This document shows, in pieces, positions 39,954 through 47,835 of a stretch of 64,000 bases of DNA. The notes below the pieces were generated by a model. That model was not told where the DNA came from and made no database searches. It saw nothing but the letters and a program-made list of their open reading frames with translations. The stretch spans positions 60,279 through 124,278 of the forward strand of contig JBMFRB010000008.1 in the NCBI GenBank assembly GCA_049968255.1, in the 5' to 3' direction. The stretch's first letter is position 1. Each line of letters opens with the position of its first letter. The stretch comes from Candidatus Sumerlaeaceae bacterium. Its GTDB lineage: Bacteria; Sumerlaeota; Sumerlaeia; Sumerlaeales; Sumerlaeaceae. The position numbers and the translations under genes were made by a program.

Positions 39954-40148
39954 ACACGGTTGTGCCGACGTGGAAACCCCCCGCCAAAATAGGGGATGGT
40001 CGTGGGTCCGGCGCACACTCTCGCCCTGCGTCGGACCCATCCTTTTGTGAACGAGATCCTCACTGCGCATTTTGATTTGCTTGTCTCATCGCTTTCCGGA
40101 AGAAAAGCGCTCATATCGGAATTTTTGGTAGGGATAGGAGATTGCGAG

Positions 40149-41123
40149 ATGGCAAAAAAGCCACAGGCGATTGGGCCGGGATCGCGTCTGGCCATAGTTG
40201 CGCCGGCGAGTGCTCCTTATGACCAGGAGCGTTACGAAAAAGCGCTCGAGGGCCTGAGGCGACTCGGATTCGAGCCGGTCGAGGCCCCGCACGCTCGCGC
40301 GCGCAACGGTTTTCTTGCAGGCACCGATGAGGAGCGCGCCGAAGATCTTCACTGGGCATTTCAAGAGCCAACTATCGACGGCGTCATCTGTTTGCGCGGT
40401 GGCTATGGCGCTACGCGCATCCTGCCGCTCTTGGCTCCCGAAGTGTTTCGCGAAAATCCCAAGGTTTTCGTCGGCTACAGCGATATTACGGCACTCAACC
40501 TCTTTTTGCTCGAGCGCTCGGACCTTGTGTCTTTCTATGGTCCCATGGCAGCGGTAGAGTTTGCATTAGGGCCAACGCCTTTCACGGAACGCAGTTTTGT
40601 GCATACGCTGACGCAGCTGCGGCCACCAGGGCCTGTGGGGTGTCCCGAAGGCTGGACCCTGACAGAGGTCCTGCAAGGCGGTGTGGCGCAAGGAGAATTG
40701 GTCGGCGGTTGCCTCACGCTGTTCGAAGCGCTGCTTGGCACACCCTGGCAAGTCAGCCTGCGTGACCGAATTTTCTTTTTCGAGGAGATAGACGCTGAAC
40801 CCTATCAAATGGATCGCATGCTCACCCATCTTTTGCAAGCGGGGGTGCTTGCCGGTGTGCGCGGGATCGCCGTGGGCGAGTGCGTGGGATGCGAGCACGA
40901 GGCCGGCCGCTCGCACTACGACAATTGCCAAACGTTGAAGGAAGTCCTCTATGAGCGGCTTTCTCCGCTTGGAGTGCCTATCGTCTACGGAATTCCTTTT
41001 GGGCACGGGACCGAAAAAGCAACCATTCCCCTTGGAGTTCAAGCGCAGCTTGATGGAGATCATGGGGAGCTGATTATTTTGGAAAATGCTGTCAGCGCCC
41101 CAGTGGGCAGCGACAAACGCTAG
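40149..41123 (+). CDS. ldcA: L,D-carboxypeptidase (peptidase S66)
   Basis: IVAPAS, LAGTDEERA, RGGYGA, GYSDIT (Ser), FFEE (Glu), PFGH (His). Confidence 0.92.
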   Translation: MAKKPQAIGPGSRLAIVAPASAPYDQERYEKALEGLRRLGFEPVEAPHARARNGFLAGTDEERAEDLHWAFQEPTIDGVICLRGGYGATRILPLLAPEVFRENPKVFVGYSDITALNLFLLERSDLVSFYGPMAAVEFALGPTPFTERSFVHTLTQLRPPGPVGCPEGWTLTEVLQGGVAQGELVGGCLTLFEALLGTPWQVSLRDRIFFFEEIDAEPYQMDRMLTHLLQAGVLAGVRGIAVGECVGCEHEAGRSHYDNCQTLKEVLYERLSPLGVPIVYGIPFGHGTEKATIPLGVQAQLDGDHGELIILENAVSAPVGSDKR

Positions 41124-41142
41124 AAAAGGGAGGTTCAAGTCT

Positions 41143-42198
41143 ATGCGAAGGTGGATACGCGTGTTTTTCCAATGGCTGCTGACGATGAACGCAGTGTGGG
41201 GACTCATGATCGTGACCGCGCTTTTCCTCACGGGGTATCGCCAGTATGCACCCAAACAGGTGATGACAGATGCAACGGTCTGGCGTGAGGGGCCTAACCG
41301 CGTGGCCATCCGTATCGAATCAAGGACGGAGGCGAAGGAAGTTGTCGTGCCCGTGGTGTGTCAGGGTCGAACGTTCAAGGTCGAGCCCGCGCGTGACGAT
41401 GGCAAAACTACCGGCGAATTTGTGGCAACAGTATTGCGCGTCGAGCCGCGGCTCGGTGAAAAATTGGCTCTTGTTTGGCAATCCCACGAAGCCGGCGACT
41501 TCCGCGTCTCGGTCAACGGCGTGCCTGTAGGCAAAGGGAAACTTGTTAATTTGCAAGCCCTGACCGATGCTGCGCTTGACTATGCGAAAAAGGCGTTCGA
41601 GCTGGGCCTGGGGCTAGTTTCCACGATGGTGTTGTTTCTCGGCCTGATGAAGGTGGGCGAAGACGCGGGGCTTGTGCAATTTGTGGCACGCCTGATGCGG
41701 CCGATGATTCGCTTTATCTTCCCCGAAGTGCCGCCCAACCATCCCGCCATTGGTGCAATCATTATGAATTTCACCACAAGTCTCTTAGGGCTGGGCAACG
41801 CTGCCACGCCTTTCGGGCTAAAGGCAATGAATGAGCTCCAAAGCCTGAACCCCCATAAGACCATTGCCAGCAATCCGATGGTGGTCCTCCTCGGATGGAA
41901 TACAGCAGGATTTGCGATCATTCCCACAAGCATGCTTGCCGTGCGCAAAGCTGCTGGTTGCTCCGATGTTTTCCAGATCATTGGGCCCTGCATGGTAGCG
42001 GGACTCGCTTCGACCATCACCGCTATCGTTCTGGCGAAGCTTCTGGGTAAGCTCTCGATGTTTAGCGTGGAAGCAGCATTAGCCGAAGAGCAGGAGGAAG
42101 TAGCAAAAGGTGCGGCACCTGCGCCTAGCGAAACAAATGCGCGGCCTGGTTCCGAGAAGGCAGCCGAGACCACCAAGAATGAGAGCAAGAAGGAGTAA
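41143..42198 (+). CDS. spmA: SpmA-like (Gate/nucleoside-recognition domain) membrane protein with soluble insertion
   Basis: MNAVW, FPEVPPNHPA, LGLGNAATPFGLKAMNELQSLN. Confidence 0.85.
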   Translation: MRRWIRVFFQWLLTMNAVWGLMIVTALFLTGYRQYAPKQVMTDATVWREGPNRVAIRIESRTEAKEVVVPVVCQGRTFKVEPARDDGKTTGEFVATVLRVEPRLGEKLALVWQSHEAGDFRVSVNGVPVGKGKLVNLQALTDAALDYAKKAFELGLGLVSTMVLFLGLMKVGEDAGLVQFVARLMRPMIRFIFPEVPPNHPAIGAIIMNFTTSLLGLGNAATPFGLKAMNELQSLNPHKTIASNPMVVLLGWNTAGFAIIPTSMLAVRKAAGCSDVFQIIGPCMVAGLASTITAIVLAKLLGKLSMFSVEAALAEEQEEVAKGAAPAPSETNARPGSEKAAETTKNESKKE

Positions 42199-42203
42199 GG
42201 GCG

Positions 42204-42749
42204 ATGGCTGAACTTTTCGTCAAAGCAATGCAGACCGTCTCGGTTTTCACGGTCCCCATCCTTTTTCTCGGTATCGTCTTGTTGGGAATGTTGAGGCGCG
42301 TGCGTGTTTACGAAAGTTTCGTGACTGGTGGAAAAGAGGGATTCGACATATTCCTTCGCATCTTGCCCTATCTCGTTGCCGTGTTTGTGGCGATCGGCAT
42401 GTTCCGCGTGTCAGGGGCACTCGACGTTCTCAGCCAGTGGCTTGAGCCCCTCGTGAAGGCAATCGGCATGCCTCCAGAGGTGCTGCCGGTTGCGTTGATG
42501 CGCCCTCTCTCCGGCTCGGGGTCGATGGGACTTGCCTCTGAAATCATCAAGGCCAAACCCGATTCATTCGAGGCCTTTGTGGCATCAAACGTTTTTGGAA
42601 GCACGGATACAACTTTCTATGTCATTGCCGTCTATTTTGGGAGCGTGGGTATACGCAAGATTCGTCATGCCATGGTCGCGGGATTGTTTGCAGACCTCGT
42701 CGGCATTCTCGTCGCTGTGGCAATCAGTCATGCGGTTTGGCCAAAATAA
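42204..42749 (+). CDS. spmB: SpmB-like membrane protein
   Basis: VYESFVTGGKEGF, ILPYLVA, LMRPLSGSGS, GSTDTTFYVIAVYFGSVGI. Confidence 0.92.
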   Translation: MAELFVKAMQTVSVFTVPILFLGIVLLGMLRRVRVYESFVTGGKEGFDIFLRILPYLVAVFVAIGMFRVSGALDVLSQWLEPLVKAIGMPPEVLPVALMRPLSGSGSMGLASEIIKAKPDSFEAFVASNVFGSTDTTFYVIAVYFGSVGIRKIRHAMVAGLFADLVGILVAVAISHAVWPK

Positions 42750-42808
42750 GACACCTCAGTATTGCGCCCTGAAAGGGCTCCGTTGTACGATGGTCCAGCC
42801 GACGCTTA

Positions 42809-42837
42809 GGCACGCCGCGAGGGACTAGCGGCGTGCC
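42809..42837. repeat. GC-rich inverted repeat downstream of spmB
   Basis: GGCACGCCGC / GCGGCGTGCC with 9-nt loop, no U-tract. Confidence 0.5.
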
Positions 42838-42939
42838 CATTGACAAGCGCGTCGTCGTTCCCGCGTCGGTGAAGAATCAGCTAGATTTTCCTTGCCTTAT
42901 CCCATACAGCTGGCGCAAGCCTACGGCAGCGGGGGTAAA

Positions 42940-44550
42940 ATGGCGGAGGGTTATCAGAGGGGCGAAGTGGGAGTGCTGCTTGCAGGCGTTGGGGTGGGGC
43001 TCTTTGTTTTTTCGCTCTATGCGCTTCTCGCGAGTGATCTCCACTTCGGCTACGAGGGGGAGCATGCAGCCCAGGCTAAGGCTTGGGTCGAGCACACGCT
43101 CACGCACGACAGCTTAGGGCGTGTCCAGCCTCGGGCTCGCGGCGGGCTGATTGATGTCGGTCAATATGTCCCTTTCTATCTCGTCGCGCAACTTGCAGGC
43201 AGCAAGGAGACGCAACCAGAGATCGAGCAATTCTGGTATATTTGGGTCCACCCCTTCTGGAACGCTTGGACAGCAGTGATGATTTTTTACCTTGCATGGA
43301 CGCTGTGTCGGCAAATGGGGGCCGCGATCGCCTGTGCGCTATTAGCCGCCACCGCCACAGTCCTTTTTCCCTATTCGAAATTTGGAATGGAGACGCAGCA
43401 AACGTTGTGGGCCACGGCGAGTTGGGCAGCGCTGCTGCTCTTTCACTCGCAACCAACATTGCGTTCGGCTTTTGTGCTTGGCTTCACGCTTGCTATGGTC
43501 GTGCTCACGAAAATCACGGGGATCACAGTTGCCGCTGCTGGGGCCGCCGTGCTTGTGTGGTGGCTGCTGCGTGATGAGAGCTTTTCCCGCGAAGTTCGTC
43601 GGCGCCCTGCTTTGCTCATGCCCCCGCTGGTCGGCTTGCTCATCGGCCTCGGTGTACTTTTTTCGACGAACAAGCTCCGCTATGGCGCTTTTACTGCAGC
43701 CCGCTATCCGTGGGGGGATCGTCCCGATGCACTTCCGTTCACCCCGGAGAGAATTTGGGCTTTCCTCGCGAGCCCTAACAAAAGCGTATTTCTCTTCTCG
43801 CCAGTATTGTTGATCACGCTTCCCTACTGGAGAGAATTCTTTTCCCGCCACCGCCAGATCATTCCCATTGTTGTTGCGGCAGGCGCACTCCTGGCTTTTC
43901 ACCTTTCGATGAACACGTGGGTGGACGAGCGCTGGTGGTTTTCGCGCCTGCATGTTCTCCTCCCGCTGCTCGTGCTGCCGCTTGTTGTCTGGTGGGAAAA
44001 GCTTCGCGTGCAGCGGCCGTGGCAGAAAGCTCTGGCAGTGATCATCATCGTGTTCGCATGCAGCGTGCAATTGCTCGGTTCTGCGATCAACTACACGGCT
44101 CTGGCATATGTGGTGCACCCCAGCAATGAGCTCACTCGCGAAAACCTTGTGTGGAATCCGCAGTACAACCACCTGCGGTTCAACCTTTGGGCGTTGCGCT
44201 CATGGTGGAATCGCAAGCTGGGTGGAGCGCCGTTGTGCTTTGAGGCTTACCGTCACTATTTGCCTGCGGCGCCGCCACCGGCGGCCTATCCGGCGGACCG
44301 ATACGCATTCAAAGGTTACGACGAGCACGACTTCTTTCTGTTCAAGGCATGGGCTGCGCCTGACGTTCCACTGGCCCGGAGCATCGCTCGCACGGCGGTG
44401 GGCCTCTCAATCGCCGGAATGCTGCTTGGTGCGTGGTGCATCGTGCGAGCAACCCGTAAATCTGCAAACTCTCGCGGCCTGCCCACTTCAGAATCTCAAC
44501 GAGCGTCACAGTGGGCGCACGGGCATTTGCCATCAAGAAAGTGGCCGTGA
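42940..44550 (+). CDS. Polytopic membrane protein, probable GT-C fold glycosyltransferase
   Basis: About 11 TM segments; LFPYSK, LASPNKSVFLFSPVLL, WWFSRL motifs shared with the 58739 and 60228 CDSs. Confidence 0.65.
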   Translation: MAEGYQRGEVGVLLAGVGVGLFVFSLYALLASDLHFGYEGEHAAQAKAWVEHTLTHDSLGRVQPRARGGLIDVGQYVPFYLVAQLAGSKETQPEIEQFWYIWVHPFWNAWTAVMIFYLAWTLCRQMGAAIACALLAATATVLFPYSKFGMETQQTLWATASWAALLLFHSQPTLRSAFVLGFTLAMVVLTKITGITVAAAGAAVLVWWLLRDESFSREVRRRPALLMPPLVGLLIGLGVLFSTNKLRYGAFTAARYPWGDRPDALPFTPERIWAFLASPNKSVFLFSPVLLITLPYWREFFSRHRQIIPIVVAAGALLAFHLSMNTWVDERWWFSRLHVLLPLLVLPLVVWWEKLRVQRPWQKALAVIIIVFACSVQLLGSAINYTALAYVVHPSNELTRENLVWNPQYNHLRFNLWALRSWWNRKLGGAPLCFEAYRHYLPAAPPPAAYPADRYAFKGYDEHDFFLFKAWAAPDVPLARSIARTAVGLSIAGMLLGAWCIVRATRKSANSRGLPTSESQRASQWAHGHLPSRKWP

Positions 44551-45179
44551 CGGAGGAAGTGGAGCGTGTTGCGGATCGTGCGTGGGAAGGCTTGAATGAT
44601 AAGGTGTGGGTAAGGAAGCACAATGAAGTCCGCGGCCCCCTCGAGCCATGTTTCCGCAACCGTGACGGTGCAGTCGTTGTCGCCCGGCAGGAAAGGATTC
44701 ATGCCACGAGTACGCCCAGTGCCGCCGGCAATGATGCCGAACTCGCTGTGCGGTTTGCCCAGTAGTGTGCACTGTCCGCGCGGCCCCCGACGCAGCTCCT
44801 GCCCAACAGGACCGAAGAGTTTTTTGAAGAGCCAGAGGTCGCCAAGTGTTTCGGCGATCCAAGCGCCGGCATTGGGGCTACCAATCATCACCAGGCGCCC
44901 GGCATTGGGTGGTGGCGCCGTAGCCAAAAGTCGTCGCTCAACAAGCCCGCCAAGCGAATGGCCAACGAAATGAATGGCATCAGCCTCGTGAAAGCGTAAA
45001 ATCTCCCTGCTAAGCATGTCCGATAATTTGTCAATTCCATAACGAGTTGATGGATAGGCCCAATTCAGGACCTTGTAGCCTTCACGTTTAGCGGCATTGG
45101 CCAGCACCCATGTATCTAGCGGCGTGCGTCCGAGGCCATGGAGCAGCACGACAACTTCGTTTGCGCAATCGCGACTCAT
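44496..45179 (-). CDS. Alpha/beta hydrolase (lipase/PGAP1-like)
   Basis: VVLLHGL, FVGHSLGG, IGSPNAG, NDCTV, H. Confidence 0.88.
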   Translation of the reverse strand: MSRDCANEVVVLLHGLGRTPLDTWVLANAAKREGYKVLNWAYPSTRYGIDKLSDMLSREILRFHEADAIHFVGHSLGGLVERRLLATAPPPNAGRLVMIGSPNAGAWIAETLGDLWLFKKLFGPVGQELRRGPRGQCTLLGKPHSEFGIIAGGTGRTRGMNPFLPGDNDCTVTVAETWLEGAADFIVLPYPHLIIQAFPRTIRNTLHFLRHGHFLDGKCPCAHCDAR

Positions 45180-45299
45180 AAGTTATCATTGCTGTAGGAG
45201 ATGACGGGTCATGGGTCAAGTCCAGTGGACAGAGGCAGCACCAACTCGAATCCCCTGGCAGCATGAATCCCTCGTGCACCGAATAAAGAATAGTGAGCC

Positions 45300-47471
45300 A
45301 TGAGAGAACCGCGCTGGCAAACACTCTTGGTCGTGATCGCTGTGGCAGTTGCAGCAGCGGTGCTCGTGTGGCGGCTTCATGCGCCACGCGCGCGTGTGCC
45401 GGAGGTGACGCGTTCTCAGCAATGCACGACACAAGTTGCTGACGTTGGCCTGCCTTTGCAGCGATCCCAGCCCAGGCGCGCTGCCGTTGGGCGATCAATG
45501 AGCGATGAAGAAACTAGCACGTGGACCCGGGGCACGGTGGCTACGCTCGAGTCGCGGATAGCTTCGCCGCAAGAGACGACAGTTCCCGAAGGCCGTGCAA
45601 CTCTTATCGTGACCGTGTTGGACCGCCGAACAGACCAGCCAATTGCGGACGTGCGCATTGAGGGATCGCGATGGGAGTCGCTGTCGACGTTTGTCGGCGA
45701 AGAGCAACCACGCTCGCTTGCCCAACAGCGAGTCATTGCTCAGGCAGACGGTAGCAGCCTACGACTGTCGCCGATTCCAGCGCCTTCGCGCGTGTGGTTG
45801 CGGCTCGGTGCGAAGGGATATGAAACGGTAGAGGTTGGTCCCGTAGAACTGCCCAGCGACGGCGCCGTGGTGCGACAGGTGTTTTTTCTTTCGCAACATG
45901 CAAGCGTGGTGGGACGAGTCGTGCGCAAGTCCTCGCACGAGCCGGTGGCTGGTGCACGCGTGTGGCTTGCAGCCGCTGAGCCGAGGCGCGCCGAGCGCAT
46001 CAATACGGCTATGACCAGTGCAGATGGGCGGTTCGAAATTTCCGATGTGCCAGCAGGACGGCGCTACGTCGTTGTGCGTCCTCCATCTCTTGCACCCGAT
46101 GCCGTCGTGGATCTCTCCGTGCTACCTGGCCAACGCCACGATCTCGGCGACATTGAGATTTCAAACGCCGGGGCCGAGGTGAAAGGCCGAGTGATAAGGG
46201 GACCATCAGCGGAGCCAGTGACCACCGCAACAGTCGAGTTGGTGCCGCAAGCGCCAGCGGATCGTGAAATTCTGCGGACGACCACCGACGCGCGTGGCGA
46301 GTTCTGTTTCGGCAAACTTGCCAACGGAGCGTATATGCTCAACCTACCGGATCATGCATACAGTCGTCCGCTTTTGCTTGCGCCCGACGAGCAACGCGAG
46401 GTGGTGATCAACCTCGGCGGTCTAACTTTACATGGGCGGTTGCTTAGTGGTGGGAAACCAATTTCAGGTAGCATCGCGCTCACGTTAGGTCCGCACGGCA
46501 TGGGGCCGGCCCGCACGGCCTTTGCTGGCGACGACGGGCGCTACGAATTGTCCGGACTGCAGCCGGGGCGTTGGACGGTGGCCCTATGGGGGCCAAAGGC
46601 CGCGATGGCTGTGGAGACAGTGACATTGCCGGCCGCGCCAACCGTCGAGCGCGATTTTGTTTTGGCCACAGGCAAGATCGTGGGAAAAGTCGTGGAGCAA
46701 ACGGGACTTCCGGTGGCAGGGGCGACGGTTGAGTGCACATATCAACCGGAACATCCCTATGCGTCGTTTCTTTCGCCCCGCGTTGTGCGGACTCGCACAG
46801 CGACCGACGGCTCCTTCGAGCTAGGCCCCTTGCCCGAGGGCACGTTCAGCGTGCGCGCAGAGCATGCCACCGAAGGCTTCGCCCTTTCCCCACCCGTCGC
46901 TGTGCCACGGTCGGGCAACTCGGCGCCGGTCGAGATACGTTTAGAACGCGTGCGCGGGGCAACCTTGCGATCCGTGGCCCTCAGCTTCGAGACTGGTGCG
47001 CCCATCCGCGAGGCCTTCCTTGTGCTCTACGATGCAGCAGGCCGCGTGGCGCGTTCAGCGCAGCGCAATGATGCAGGCATGGCTGAAGTGCGAGGACTGC
47101 CACCTGGCAGCTACCGAATGGAAGTGAGTGCGTCGGGCTACACGGCAGACATTCGCACAATCGAGCTGCACGATGGGCAAGAGCGCACGATCGAATCTGT
47201 TCTCGCGACGGCCGGCGCACTACGTGTGTGGGTAGAGAACAGTCTGGGGCAAGCCATCGAAGGCGCAAAACTGACGCTCGAACCTACAGACCCGGATTCG
47301 CTAGAAGAGCCGCGGCAAGGCGTCAGCGAACTTGGTGGTTTGTGGGTGGTGCGAGGACTGACTCCGGGTGCCTATCGGCTTAGCGTCGAGTTTGCACTCG
47401 GAGAGAAAAAAACGTACAGCTTAGTAGTGAGGCCGCGTGAAGTAACCGAGACATTTGTGCGGGGCCGATGA
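45300..47471 (+). CDS. Membrane-anchored protein with carboxypeptidase-regulatory-like beta-sandwich repeats
   Basis: N-terminal TM; repeated GRV...PVAGA.V...T..DG.F....L.PG.Y units. Confidence 0.8.
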   Translation: MREPRWQTLLVVIAVAVAAAVLVWRLHAPRARVPEVTRSQQCTTQVADVGLPLQRSQPRRAAVGRSMSDEETSTWTRGTVATLESRIASPQETTVPEGRATLIVTVLDRRTDQPIADVRIEGSRWESLSTFVGEEQPRSLAQQRVIAQADGSSLRLSPIPAPSRVWLRLGAKGYETVEVGPVELPSDGAVVRQVFFLSQHASVVGRVVRKSSHEPVAGARVWLAAAEPRRAERINTAMTSADGRFEISDVPAGRRYVVVRPPSLAPDAVVDLSVLPGQRHDLGDIEISNAGAEVKGRVIRGPSAEPVTTATVELVPQAPADREILRTTTDARGEFCFGKLANGAYMLNLPDHAYSRPLLLAPDEQREVVINLGGLTLHGRLLSGGKPISGSIALTLGPHGMGPARTAFAGDDGRYELSGLQPGRWTVALWGPKAAMAVETVTLPAAPTVERDFVLATGKIVGKVVEQTGLPVAGATVECTYQPEHPYASFLSPRVVRTRTATDGSFELGPLPEGTFSVRAEHATEGFALSPPVAVPRSGNSAPVEIRLERVRGATLRSVALSFETGAPIREAFLVLYDAAGRVARSAQRNDAGMAEVRGLPPGSYRMEVSASGYTADIRTIELHDGQERTIESVLATAGALRVWVENSLGQAIEGAKLTLEPTDPDSLEEPRQGVSELGGLWVVRGLTPGAYRLSVEFALGEKKTYSLVVRPREVTETFVRGR

Positions 47472-47835
47472 ACATTCGGCGGTGTTCCCGTGGAAGGATT
47501 TCAAGCACGCGAAGAACATTGTTGCTTAGTAAGGCATCGTCCGAACTTTAGCTTAACCGGCAAAGGCGCGAGCCGCTGCTAAAATCGTCATCGCCCACAT
47601 CCGTCGTGCCGAGGGCGTAATTGCCTGATGACACATTTACTCCTGCGACCCACCTGGGCCAAACCTCGAGGGAAAAATGAATGTTGCTCGTCGCCAGCAA
47701 TGGCTGCTTTTGCTCGAACTTTTTTCATACGCATCCCGCAATTATGTCGGAAAGTTGCTTGCTTTGTGCGACTCAGATCCGCTAGCTCATCACGATCGTA
47801 GCACCATCCCGACCGTGTCAGAGGAGCGAAAAAGC

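Noticed and set aside
38982-40070. 362-aa minus-strand ORF (similar long shadows at 4119-5084, 56560-57630, 29348-30109)
   Set aside because: Each lies antisense to a well-supported gene; long shadow ORFs are expected at this GC content.
47472-47700. Possible riboswitch upstream of the phosphoesterase (GGCAAA..., GTCATC/GATGAC stem)
   Set aside because: Only short stems; it does not reproduce the c-di-GMP, SAM or Moco consensus.
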